From contig OZ024741.1 in NCBI GenBank assembly GCA_964016885.1, positions 192,696,001-192,760,000 on the forward strand: DNA of 64,000 nucleotides. The letters are read 5' to 3'. Position numbers and translations under genes: made by a program. This document shows, in pieces, positions 26,801 through 37,585 of this stretch. Under the pieces are notes generated by a model. The model had not been told where the DNA came from. It did not search any database and saw nothing but the letters and a program-made list of their open reading frames with translations. The first letter of the stretch is position 1, and each line of letters opens with the position of its first letter. This DNA comes from Eledone cirrhosa (taxonomy: Eukaryota).

Positions 26801-27277
26801 GTGATGGGCAGGGTGATCCACTGGCACCTGTGCAAAGTAAACAATCTACCACATTCTGAGAAATGGTATGAGCATAGGCCAGAGGCGGTGATGGAGAACA
26901 GTCAGGTGAAGGTGCTGTGGGATTTTAGGATACAGACGGACAAAAAACTGGAACACAATAGACCTGACCTGGTGGTTGTGGACAAAGAAAAAAGATCGTG
27001 CCTGATTGTGGATGTGGCCTGCCCGTTCGACACGAGAGTGCAAGAGAAGGAGAGGGAGAAAATTAACCGATACCAGGACCTAAAGTGGGAGGTGAAAAGG
27101 ATTTGGAACTGCCATGAAGTCAAAGTGATCCCGATTGTCATAGGCGCACTGGGGACTATCTCCAAAGGTTTCCAGGGATGGTTAAAGAAAATCGGCCCCT
27201 TCACGCTTTTTGGAACGCTTCAAAAGGCATGCTTGCTTGGAACGGCAAGAACCCTCCGATACGTCCTGAATATCTGA
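23885..27277 (+). CDS. Intact R4/Dong-type retrotransposon protein (RT + CCHC zinc knuckle + restriction-like endonuclease), 1130 aa
   Basis: Motifs KSPGPDG, NYRPITCL, WIDYRKAFD, GIFQGDSLSP, LFMDDL, CRICGEREETVAHIVSEC and NRPDLVVVD..IVDVACPFD..EK..RY. Short 3'UTR and (AAT)n tail. Confidence 0.95.
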   Translation: METRTSCDRLSPNRCPLAQQQEPDCQPNTADVGGRRRRKGARTNWTKELNRTVMQCYLKSNPKERGYRRRMHNIWNEIGLFKLDEQKLAGQARVIRTNGWISELELEELSRENGLEMAGVVCQTSEPAGNEGEEVLRTEEPPEADNDLNTEINNTWNRDTATEEMNADGLGQDSVDILNLVVDELNNDSGRPMNLRFVDRKKLKETTAKVNKVIPYLEARSLHQCNNILKATANTVKKLLGIKARGNNRQERAEPWWKKRLSGQIGEMRNDIGKLESLLNGTLKNIGTKNRLEIKYKTRSKKLNIIIEELKQRIVAKSAKIRRYENRVSQYKQNRMFDNNQKMLFGQLEGKERGNDLIPGAEQAKTFWRGIWEQDVRHNAQAGWIETVQREIGEQAQQQTDLSITVETLKGQAKKLTNWKSPGPDGVQGYWIKHLTSLHPKLTAMFNDCLVSGEVPEWLTKGTTVLIMKDRIKGNDVTNYRPITCLPVMWKLLTSIVSEEIYHHLHTNNLLPDEQKGCRKKSRGTKDQLLIDKMVMGNCRRRHTDLAMGWIDYRKAFDMVPHSWITKSLEIFRVADNIRQLLGRSMRSWETELTSTGVSLGSVKIKRGIFQGDSLSPLLFVLALMPLTIMLRKVRAGYKLGRGELTINHLLFMDDLKLFGKSEKELDVLVDTVRIFSSDICMQFGIGKCGVIVMRRGRLSRSNGIQIPTGEMIKEIDSEEGYKYLGVLEADGIKNKKMKELLRTEYIRRVRSVLKSHLNSRNAISAVNSRAVSIIRYSAGILRWNVAEQKEMDRKTRKLLTIYNMFHKRSDVDRLYLRRSEGGRGLISIEDCVQMEKNNLYKYVTYSKEPMLRAVLKEGTVGQGIPKEEITSRRKSSLKGKSLHSTFFEKTEFRDPQTWNWLRRGDLKKATKGMLMAAQEQALKTKWLKHHIYEEEASPLCRICGEREETVAHIVSECKHLAQTHYKGWRHDVMGRVIHWHLCKVNNLPHSEKWYEHRPEAVMENSQVKVLWDFRIQTDKKLEHNRPDLVVVDKEKRSCLIVDVACPFDTRVQEKEREKINRYQDLKWEVKRIWNCHEVKVIPIVIGALGTISKGFQGWLKKIGPFTLFGTLQKACLLGTARTLRYVLNI

Positions 27278-27379
27278 GGCTGCAGGTAGTGGCTTGATAT
27301 TCAATCCAACGGACTTTCCAGTTAACCAACATCATTGACTGAGATTCAAGGAATAACAATAACAATAATAATAATAATA

Positions 27380-30300
27380 ATGGCCAGAACCAACTGGACG
27401 AAAGAATTGAATAGAACTGTTATGCAATGCTACCTGAAAAGTAACCCCAAGGAGAGGGGCTACAGGAGACGGATGCATAACATCTGGAACGAGATTGGTT
27501 TATTTAAATTAGATGAACAAAAATTGGCCGGGCAGGCTCGGGTAATAAGAACTAATGGGTGGATAAGCGAGCTGGAACTGGAGGAACTGAGCAGAGAGAA
27601 TGGCTTGGAGATGGCGGGTGTAGTATGCCAGACAAGCGAGCCGGCGGGAAATGAAGGTGAGGAGGTCCTGAGAACGGAGGAACCACCCGAAGCAGACAAT
27701 GATCTGAATACTGAGATAAATAATACCTGGAACAGAGATACGGCCACTGAGGAGATGAATGCTGACGGGCTAGGACAAGATTCGGTTGACATCCTAAATT
27801 TAGTGGTAGATGAGTTGAACAATGATAGTGGGAGACCTATGAACCTAAGATTTGTAGACAGGAAAAAGTTAAAAGGAACAACAGCTAAGGTAAACAAAGT
27901 CATCCCATACCTTGAGGCGAGGAGTCTTCACCAGTGCAACAATATCCTCAAAGCAACAGCAAATACGGTGAGGAAACTACTTGGTATAAAAGCGAGAGGA
28001 AACAACAGACAAGAAAGAGCAGAGCCGTGGTGGAAGAAGCGACTGAGTGGGCAAATCGGGGAAATGAGAAATGACATAGGAAAGCTTGAGTCACTACTGA
28101 ATGGGACACTAAAAAACATAGGCACTAAAAATAGACTGGAAATAAAATACAAAACTAGGAGTAAAAAGCTAAATATTATCATAGAGGAATTGAAGCAACG
28201 CATTGTAGCAAAGAGTGCCAAAATCAGGCGATACGAGAACAGAGTCAGTCAGTATAAACAGAACCGCATGTTCGACAACAACCAGAAGATGCTGTTTGGA
28301 CAGCTTGAGGGGAAAGAAAGAGGCAACGACTTGATCCCTGGGGCGGAACAAGCTAAAACATTCTGGAGAGGAATATGGGAGCAGGATGTTAGACACAATG
28401 CCCAGGCAGGGTGGATTGAGACAGTACAGAGGGAGATCGGTGAGCAGGCACAACAACAGACTGATTTGAGTATCACAGTTGAAACTCTTAAGGGGCAAGC
28501 CAAAAAACTAACCAACTGGAAATCACCAGGCCCAGATGGTGTGCAGGGGTATTGGATTAAACATTTAACATCCCTCCACCCGAAGCTGACGGCCATGTTC
28601 AATGACTGCTTGGTGTCGGGTGAGGTGCCAGAGTGGTTGACAAAAGGTACCACAGTTCTGATAATGAAAGACCGAATCAAGGGTAATGATGTTACCAACT
28701 ATAGACCTATCACATGTCTGCCCGTAATGTGGAGACTGTTGACGAGCATTGTGTCTGAGGAAATCTACCATCACCTCCACACAAACAACTTGTTACCGGA
28801 CGAACAGAAAGGATGCCGAAAGAAGTCACGTGGTACAAAGGACCAGTTGCTTATTGATAAGATGGTAATGGGGAATTGCAGGAGGAGACACACTGATCTT
28901 GCCATGGGATGGATAGACTACAGAAAGGCATTTGACATGGTGCCTCATTCCTGGATCACCAAAAGCCTGGAGATCTTCAGGGTGGCAGATAACATCAGAC
29001 AGTTGCTGGGCAGGAGTATGGGGTCCTGGGAGACAGAGTTGACATCAACTGGAGTATCCTTGGGAAGCGTGAAGATCAAGAGAGGTATCTTCCAGGGAGA
29101 TAGCCTGTCCCCTCTGTTGTTTGTCCTTGCCCTGATGCCCTTGACCATTATGCTGCGAAAAGTGAGAGCAGGATACAAGTTGGGAAGGGGAGAGCTTACC
29201 ATCAATCACCTCCTCTTCATGGACGATCTTAAGCTCTTCGGGAAAAGTGAGAAGGAGTTGGATGTGCTTGTTGACACTGTCCGTATTTTCAGCAGTGATA
29301 TATGTATGCAGTTTGGTATTGGTAAATGTGGAGTCATTGTGATGAAGAGGGGTAGGTTGAGCAGAAGTAACGGGATCCAGATACCAACAGGTGAGATGAT
29401 AAAGGAAATTGACTCTGAGGAAGGATACAAGTATTTGGGCGTTCTGGAGGCTGATGGCATAAAGAACAAAAAAATGAAGGAATTGTTAAGAACTGAATAC
29501 ATTCGGAGAGTAAGGAGCGTATTGAAGTCACATCTGAACAGCAGAAATGCCATAAGCGCAGTAAATTCCCGAGCTGTGTCTATTATTAGGTACAGTGCGG
29601 GAATTCTGAGATGGAATGTTGCTGAACAAAAAGAAATGGATAGGAAGACTAGGAAGCTATTGACTATCTACCGCATGTTCCACAAGAGGAGTGATGTCGA
29701 TAGACTCTACCTAAGGAGATCTGAGGGTGGAAGAGGTCTTATCAGCATAGAGGACTGTGTTCAGATGGAGAAAAACAACCTATACAAATACGTGACCTAT
29801 AGTAAGGAGCCAATGCTCAGAGCTGTACTGAAGGAGGGGACAGTAGGCCAGGGGATATCCAAGGAGGAAATAACATCAAGGAGGAAGAGCAGCCTTAAGG
29901 GAAAATCCCTTCATAGTACCTTCTTTGAGAAAACTGAATTTAGAGATCCACAGACATGGAACTGGTTGAGAAGAGGAGACCTCAAAAAGGCTACAGAAGG
30001 AATGCTAATGGCTGCGCAGGAGCAGGCCCTCAAAACGAAGTGGTTGAAGCACCATATCTACAAGGAGGAGGCTAGCCCACTGTGCAGGATCTGTGGAGAG
30101 AGAGAGGAGACTGTGGCTCACATTGTGTCCGAGTGTAAACACCTAGCCCAGACCCACTATAAGGGCTGGAGACACGATGTGATGGGCAGGGTGATCCACT
30201 GGCACCTGTGCAAAGTAAACAATCTACCACATTCTGAGAAATGGTATGAGCATAGGCCAGAGGCGGTGATGGAGAACAGTCAGGTGAAGGTGCTGTGGGA

Positions 30301-30655
30301 TTTTAGGATACAGACGGACAAAAAACTGGAACACAATAGACCTGACCTGGTGGTTGTGGACAAAGAAAAAAGATCGTGCCTGATTGTGGATGTGGCCTGC
30401 CCGTTCGACACGAGAGTGCAAGAGAAGGAGAGGGAGAAAATTAACCGATACCAGGACCTAAAGTGGGAGGTGAAAAGGATTTGGAACTGCCATGAAGTCA
30501 AAGTGATCCCGATTGTCATAGGCGCACTGGGGACTATCTCCAAAGGTTTCCAGGGATGGTTAAAGAAAATCGGCCCCTTCACGCTTTTTGGAACGCTTCA
30601 AAAGGCATGCTTGCTTGGAACAGCAAGAACCCTCCGATACGTCCTGAATATCTGA
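27380..30655 (+). CDS. Second intact R4/Dong-type ORF (1091 aa from a junction-created ATG)
   Basis: Differs from the upstream copy by 9 amino acids and lacks its first about 40 codons. The ATG is formed by the (aat)n tail plus ggccaga. Confidence 0.9.
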   Translation: MARTNWTKELNRTVMQCYLKSNPKERGYRRRMHNIWNEIGLFKLDEQKLAGQARVIRTNGWISELELEELSRENGLEMAGVVCQTSEPAGNEGEEVLRTEEPPEADNDLNTEINNTWNRDTATEEMNADGLGQDSVDILNLVVDELNNDSGRPMNLRFVDRKKLKGTTAKVNKVIPYLEARSLHQCNNILKATANTVRKLLGIKARGNNRQERAEPWWKKRLSGQIGEMRNDIGKLESLLNGTLKNIGTKNRLEIKYKTRSKKLNIIIEELKQRIVAKSAKIRRYENRVSQYKQNRMFDNNQKMLFGQLEGKERGNDLIPGAEQAKTFWRGIWEQDVRHNAQAGWIETVQREIGEQAQQQTDLSITVETLKGQAKKLTNWKSPGPDGVQGYWIKHLTSLHPKLTAMFNDCLVSGEVPEWLTKGTTVLIMKDRIKGNDVTNYRPITCLPVMWRLLTSIVSEEIYHHLHTNNLLPDEQKGCRKKSRGTKDQLLIDKMVMGNCRRRHTDLAMGWIDYRKAFDMVPHSWITKSLEIFRVADNIRQLLGRSMGSWETELTSTGVSLGSVKIKRGIFQGDSLSPLLFVLALMPLTIMLRKVRAGYKLGRGELTINHLLFMDDLKLFGKSEKELDVLVDTVRIFSSDICMQFGIGKCGVIVMKRGRLSRSNGIQIPTGEMIKEIDSEEGYKYLGVLEADGIKNKKMKELLRTEYIRRVRSVLKSHLNSRNAISAVNSRAVSIIRYSAGILRWNVAEQKEMDRKTRKLLTIYRMFHKRSDVDRLYLRRSEGGRGLISIEDCVQMEKNNLYKYVTYSKEPMLRAVLKEGTVGQGISKEEITSRRKSSLKGKSLHSTFFEKTEFRDPQTWNWLRRGDLKKATEGMLMAAQEQALKTKWLKHHIYKEEASPLCRICGEREETVAHIVSECKHLAQTHYKGWRHDVMGRVIHWHLCKVNNLPHSEKWYEHRPEAVMENSQVKVLWDFRIQTDKKLEHNRPDLVVVDKEKRSCLIVDVACPFDTRVQEKEREKINRYQDLKWEVKRIWNCHEVKVIPIVIGALGTISKGFQGWLKKIGPFTLFGTLQKACLLGTARTLRYVLNI

Positions 30656-30763
30656 GGCTGCAGGTAGTGGCTTGATATTCAATCCAACGGACTTTCCAGT
30701 TAACCAACATCAATGACTGAGATTCAAGGAATAACAATAAAAATAATAATAATAATAATAATA

Positions 30764-32550
30764 AGGCACACTAGTATTGCCATGGGATGGATAGATTACA
30801 AAAAGGCATTCGACATGGTACCTCCTTCTTGGATAACCAAAAGCCTAGAGATCTTCAAGGTGGCAGATAACATCAGACAGTTGTTGAGCAAAAGTATGAA
30901 GTCCTGGGAAACAGAGTTAACATCAGGTGGAGAATCCATGGGAGGCGTGAAGATCAAGAGAGGTATCTTCCAGGGACATAATTTGTCTCCTTTGCTGTTT
31001 GTCCTTGCCCTGATACCTCTGTCTGTTATATTGCGAAAAGTGAGAGCAGGATACAAGTTGGGAAGAGGAGAGCTTACCACCAACCACCTTCTCTTCATGG
31101 ATGATCTTAAACTCTTTGGGAAGAGTGAGAAGGAGTTGGATGTACTTGTTGACACTGTCCGTATTTTCAGCAATGATATATGTATGGAATTTGGTATTAA
31201 TAAGTGTGGAGTCCTAATGATAAAGGGGGGTAAATTGAGCAGAAGCAACGGAATCCAGGTACCAGCAGGTGAGATGATAAAGGAAATTGACACTGAAGAA
31301 GGATACAAATATTTAGGTGTTTTGGAGGCAGATGACATCAAGAACAAAAAAAAAATGAAGGAATTGATAAGATCTGAATACATTCGGAGAGTAAGGAGCG
31401 TATTAAAGTTACATCTCAACAGTAGGAATGCCATAAGTACAGTAAATTCCCGAGCTGTGTCTATTATTAGGTACAGTGCGGGAATTCTGAAATGGAATGT
31501 TGCTGAACAAAAAGAAATGGATAGGAAGACTAGGAAGCTAATGACTATCTACAACATGTTCCACAAGAGGAGTGATGTTGATAGACCCTACTTAAAGAGA
31601 TCTGAAGGTGGAAGAGGTCTTATCAGCATAGAGGACTGTGTTCAGATGGAGAAAAACAACCTGCACAAATATGTGACTGACAGTAGGGAGCCAATGCTCA
31701 AAATTGTACTGAAGGAGAAGACAATAGACCAGGGGATGTCCAAGGAGGAAATAACAACAAGGAGGAAGAGCAACCTTCATGAAAAATCCCTTCATAGTAC
31801 CTTCTTTAAGAAAACGGAATTTAGAGATCCACAGACATGGAACTGGTTAAAAAGAGGAGACCTTAAAAAGGCTACAGAAGGAATGCTAATGGCTGCACAA
31901 GAACAAGCCCTCAGAACAAAGTGGGTGAAACGCCATATTTACAAGGGGGAGGCTAGCTCACTGTGTAGGATCTGTAAACACCGAGTGTAAACACCTAGCC
32001 TAAACTCACTATAAAGCCTGGAGGCATATAATAGGAAAGGTGATCCACTGGCTTTTATGCAAACAAAATAATTTACCACATTCTGAGAAGTGGTATGAGC
32101 ATAAGCCAGAGTCGGTGATAGAAAACGGTCAAGTCGATGTGTTATGGGATTTTAGGATACAGATAGACAAGAAATTAGAACACAATAGGCCTGACCTTAG
32201 TGGTTTTTTACAAAAAGATCGTGGCTGATTGTAGATGCCTACCCATTTGACACGAGAGTGCAAGAAAAAGAGGAGAAAATTAACCAATACCAGGATTTAA
32301 TGTGTGGATTAAAATGGATTTGGGACTGTTAAGATATTAAGTTCATCCTGATTGTCCTAGAAGCACTAGCTTTCAAGTATGGTTAAAGAACATTAGTCTA
32401 TTCCCCTTTTTGGAACACTTCAAAAGGCTTGCCTGCTGTGATCAGCAAGAACCCTCCTGGATATCTGAGGCTGCAGGTAGCGGCTTAATGTTCATTTGAA
32501 CAAAGTTTCTATTTAAATAATATCAATGACTGACACTCCCAGAAAAATAA
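30764..32550 (+). mobile_element. Third, older 5'-truncated R4/Dong copy
   Basis: Starts inside RT (HTSIAMGWIDYKKAFD). It is more diverged, with a deletion in the zinc knuckle and stops in the endonuclease. The 3'UTR is homologous (atctgaggctgcaggtag). Confidence 0.9.
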
Positions 32551-32667
32551 TATATGTATATATATATATACATACATATATGTAATATGCATATTTATAT
32601 ATGCATATATATATATTTATTTATATACACACACGCGCGCACACACACACAAATACACACACACATA

Positions 32668-32742
<75 letters not shown>

Positions 32743-32766
32743 GTATATGTATAAATGAATAAATAA

Positions 32767-32829
<63 letters not shown>

Positions 32830-33146
32830 GAGAAGAATGAATAGCGCGTGGTTGCACATGGGTTACATATGATAAAAATAGTCCTTCATCAGTGATTTTC
32901 CAACCTTCATTGGTATTTCATCGCTTTAAAAATCATATACCTCCAGTTGGTGCGAGCAATAGCTAAATAAAGCTATTGAGACAAATAAATCGCGTAAAGC
33001 GAGCGAGACAAGTAAACAAACATTGAAGGATAGCAACGCAAAGATAGGAAAAAACAAGCACATGGGAGTCCGATCAGCTTAAGCTGTGTGGATTTCATGG
33101 GCGAGAGACAACAGACAGTGCGACGCGAGTGAGGTGTGAGAAAGAA

Positions 33147-33198
<52 letters not shown>

Positions 33199-33244
33199 GA
33201 TAAATCTACCAAAATATACGGTAGTGTCCAATCCGTATTTAATT

Positions 33245-33322
<78 letters not shown>

Positions 33323-33467
33323 TATATATTAGAAAGTGAGGTTTTTTTTTACAAAATGAAAAATAACCGAGGTGTCCTACACGAGTGGAAGTATAAAGAA
33401 AAAGGGATGAAATCGAAAATGCAACTGAAGTCTTATTTTTTTTAAAAATATATATATTTATTTGGTT

Positions 33468-33505
33468 CCTTTACCGGTTTCGCAGTTCTTCTACTTTTCA
33501 AAAGG
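33468..33505 (-). ncRNA. Minimal hammerhead ribozyme, U3-A8 variant
   Basis: Minus strand reads cctt-TTGAAAA-gtag.aagaa.ctgc-GAAA-CCGG-T-A-aagg. Confidence 0.75.
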
Positions 33506-33575
33506 TGAGTTGAGATGGAGGGTATGTGGGAAATGAGGGATGTGAGAAAAACCACAGACCCTCCATCTCAACTCA

Positions 33576-33613
33576 CCTTTTGAAAAGCAGAAGAACTGCG
33601 AAACCGGTAAAGG
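33576..33613 (+). ncRNA. Minimal hammerhead ribozyme, U3-A8 variant, apparently intact
   Basis: cctt-TTGAAAA-gcag.aagaa.ctgc-GAAA-CCGG-T-A-aagg. Stems I and II are perfect and stem III is the palindrome ACCGGT. Confidence 0.8.
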
Positions 33614-33682
33614 AACCAAATAAATATATATATTTAAAAAAAAAATAAGACTTCAGTTGCATTTTCGATTTCATCCCTTTTT

Positions 33683-33754
<72 letters not shown>

Positions 33755-33821
33755 AAATGTGTGGGATCCTTGGTACAGTTAGGTATATTTTTGTGCTGAA
33801 TAATTTGATTTAATTTTATAA

Positions 33822-33997
33822 TATTATAAATGTTTTTACTTTTGGCACAAGGCCAGCAATTACCCAGTACATTACTGGTACTTTATTTTATCGACCCCGC
33901 AAGGATGAAAGGCAAAGTTAACCTCGGCGGGATTCGAACTCAGATCGTAAAGGGACGTAACTATGCTGGAAAGCATGTCTGACCCTCTACCAATACT
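33822..33997 (-). mobile_element. tRNA-derived SINE
   Basis: Homologous to 10655-10847. Confidence 0.85.
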
Positions 33998-34038
33998 AGT
34001 TTTATAATATTTAGAAACAATTATAATACGAGTTGATA

Positions 34039-34227
34039 AGATTGGCAGTATCGGTAGAGGGTCGGACGCCATGCTTTGACGTATAGAGTTACGGCCCTTG
34101 CCATTCTGAGTTCAAATCCCGCCGAGGTTAACTTAGCCTTTTATCCTTACGGGATCGATAAAATAAAGTACCAGTAATGCACTGGGTAATTGATGGCCTT
34201 GTCCCAAAAGTCGAAACAATTATAATA
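34039..34227 (+). mobile_element. tRNA-derived SINE
   Basis: attggcagtatcggtagagggtcgg...gagttcaaatcccgccgagg...gaaacaattataat. Confidence 0.85.
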
Positions 34228-34964
34228 TGAGTTGGTAGATCTAGTAAGTTCTTTGTTAACTTCGGTGGGAAGAATTTGAAAGACTCCTGGTTAACTTTCT
34301 TGGAGAACTCTCTCGCATTCGTCGATGGCGATTGTCAAACTGAGATCAGAGTGTGTTGTGATGTGTCACTCTATATAAAAGAAAGATTTGGATGTGTCTG
34401 GGGTGTGGGGTGTGGTGTTAATTAGTGTTGATGAAGATTTAAAGGAATTAAAACATACACACACACGCACGCACGCACACACACCACACACACATACATT
34501 CATACATATACACACACAGAAAATGGTGAAGGTTGACATCAAGGGTGTTTAAGAAAGTTGTAGAAAATCCCCTCCTGCTGGTTTTATTTCAATAGATGAC
34601 CTTTGATGAATATAATGGCAGGATGTTTTTCAAATTTGTTTCTCATAGCTGAATCAACTTAAATTTATAAAGAATATCTTCTACAAATTTCTATATCAAA
34701 GACGAATTTAGGTGCGTGTCTGGTGGTGGTGGTGGTGGTGGTGGTGGTGGTGGTTGTCGTGAGTTTTAATGAGGTGTAAGATAAATGTCTTTTGATAAGA
34801 AAAATACAGTAAAAATAAAAGATACAGTAAAAAGAAAAAAAGAAGGATAGTTTTGGAACATTTGTCAGAAAGGTATGTTGTTGATATTGATTTGGGAGAG
34901 GAGGTGTGGGGGATATGCTAGCTCACATATTCACTACCCTATATGTAAATATATTTACAGTCCA

Positions 34965-35152
34965 TAATAATTGTTTCTACTTTTGGTACAAGGCCAGCAA
35001 TTATCTAGTGCATTACTGGTACTTTATTTTATCGACCCCATAAGGATGAAAGGTAAAATTAACCTTGACGCGATTTGAACTCAGACCGTAAAGGCACGTA
35101 ACTATGTTGGAAAGCATGGTGTCCGACCCTCTACCGATACTGCCAATTCACC
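34965..35152 (-). mobile_element. tRNA-derived SINE
   Basis: Homologous to the other copies. Confidence 0.85.
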
Positions 35153-35228
<76 letters not shown>

Positions 35229-35574
35229 CTACACACACATATATACACACATACCCACGCACATATACATACACATGTATACGCATATATATACACATTC
35301 ATATATATATATACACCTACATATACATATATACATACACATACATACACGCACACATACATGTACATACAAACGTATACACATAAACATACACACAGAC
35401 ATATTTATATATATATATACACATATATATATATATATCACACACGCACGTACATACATACACATATATTCATATATACACACATACACACATATATGTA
35501 CACACTTCTACTCAAGTATTTAAGTTCACATTTACATTGGTGTGGGGTAGGGGGAATTAATGAAATGTTAGTGT

Positions 35575-37585
35575 ACCTATGAGGGTTTGCGAAGTGTTCA
35601 CTGCATGTGATGTTTCTGACAGAAAGGTCTCTAATTTGTTGTTTATGTACTCGAACACTGTCATGTAGGCCCGTTCCGGCTTCACTAATGTAGTATTCTT
35701 TACATTGTGGGCAGGTTGCACAGTAAATCAAGTTTTTGGTTTTGCAATTCATGTTTGCATTAACTGTGAAAAACTGGTTGTTTTTAAAGGAAATTTGTCC
35801 ACCCTCTTCAATGTGTTCGCAAGTGCCGCATCGAGGGTCCCCGCATTTCTTAACTTGCATTGCTTCAATGTATTGGGTAGTTGCTGGCCTTGTGCCAAAA
35901 ATAGAAACAATTATTAGACGATAAAATAAAGTACCAGTAATACACTGGTATAATTGCTGGCCTTGTGCCAAAAGTAGAAACAATTATTAGACGTAAATTT
36001 TGCCTTGGTAAGCAGTTTATTTAGGTTGGGTGCTTGGCGTCTACTATATATAATTTGTGCGTCTTTTATGAGTGCATTTATTTTAGGGGACTGCTGGAGA
36101 ATCGGGAGATCCTTGGATTGTGAGTGATGGCAAAAGGGATAACTGTTTTTTCCATTCTATTTTGTTGCTTTGTTTTTGTCAGTGTTGTCACTGGGATGTT
36201 CTGGGCTTTGGAGATGGCCGTGTTGATGAGGTTCGCCGGATATTCTTGTCTTTTAAGGAACTCTTTTAATTCATATAATAGTTTTTCCTGTAGTGAGGGG
36301 GTGTGTTACTATAGTGTTGATGCGTCTTGCCGTGTTAAAAGAAATGATCCTTTTGGTATGTGATGGGTGTGCTGATTGGAAATTCAAGTATTGGTGTGTG
36401 TCTGTTTGTTTGTAAAATAGGTCTGTTTTGATATTTTACCCCTCTTTAATGATAAGGATATCCAGAAACGGTAGTTCCTTTTTATTACATTCCATGGTAA
36501 ATTTTATCTCTTCATGAATATTGTTTATGATTGAATGGAATCTTTGCAGGTCTTCTTGGCTTCTATTCCAGAAGATGAAGCAGTCATCTAGGTAGCGTTT
36601 TCAGTTGTGATTAATGTAGGTGGCGAAGTCATGACTGAATGTTTCCTGCAGTTTGGAATGTAATTTTGCCTCTAGGTGTCCCATAACGAGTGTTGCATAT
36701 GTTGGGGCCACTTTGGTGCCCATGGCCGTTCCTTTTATTTGTAAATACAGTTCGTTATCAAAGAGGAAGTGGTTGTTCTCCAATACTAATTTGAGTCCTT
36801 CCAAAATAAATTTTTTTGGGAATCTCTCTGAAATGTAGTCTGGGTGTTTTGTAATCCAGAAGTCAACAGCTTCAACTCCCAAGTCGTGTGTGATGTTAGT
36901 ATATAAGCTTGTTACGTCAAAGCTGACTAAGATTGTTTCTTGGTGTACTTTCTGGGGGATATAGTTCAGGAATTCCATATCATCTCTGATGAAGCTTGGT
37001 ACTTTTTTTACATAAGGGTTTCAGTATGATGTCTAATAGGTTGCTTAGACGTTGTGTGCTTGAGGCTGGACCAGCAACAATTGGGCGTAATTTTAAATCT
37101 GTCGGTTTTGGTACTTCAACATATGATGTATTTTTGCCTTTTATGTTGTTTTGGATTTCTCTGGATTTGTGAACCTTCGGTAAACCATAGAAATTGCTGG
37201 TTTTCATTTCGAAGTTGGTTAAGTAATTGATTTCCTTTAGCGTGAGGTTGGTTTGGTATTTGGCCGTCAGTTTGCCTACTTTAATCATCGATTTTCTTTC
37301 TTCGCTTTTGCTGATTTTTCTGTAAAAATCCTCGTTATTCAACTGTTCTAGGATTATATCGTTGTAGTGGTTTTTGTCCATGATGATGATTGATCCGCTT
37401 CTTTTATGATTATTGGGGAGTATTTTTGTAGTTTGTTTAGGGCTAGCAGTTGGTCTGTAGGAATGTTGTGTTTGTGTTTCGTCACTGCAATATTTGACTG
37501 TGCCGATCGTCAGAGGCAGGTTATGTATTCCACCAGGTGTTTGTCTCTATTTAACGGAGGTTTGAAGTTCTTTTTGTTCCTTATT
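35575..37585 (-). pseudogene. Neptune-like PLE RT + zinc linker + GIY-YIG (frameshifted)
   Basis: Motifs FYGLPKVHK, LRPIVAG, VSFDVTSLYTNI, GTAMGTKVAPTYA, RYLDDCF, LPFLDI and CGDPRCGTC..NLIYCATCPQCKEYYI. Confidence 0.9.
35880..35992 (+). mobile_element. Two tandem 5'-truncated SINE tails inside the PLE
   Basis: gctggccttgtgccaaaa-(a/g)tagaaacaattattagacg occurs twice. Confidence 0.75.

Larger units (their letters stand above)
33392..33690. mobile_element. ORF-less fold-back element (arms of about 135 bp) with a hammerhead in each arm
   Basis: 33392-33529 is the near-perfect reverse complement of 33552-33690. The element is embedded in (TA)n. Confidence 0.85.

Noticed and set aside
23915-31795. 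Minus-strand ORFs overlapping the Dong elements
   Set aside because: They are antisense shadows of the real ORFs, have no domain motifs, and are duplicated only because the element is duplicated.
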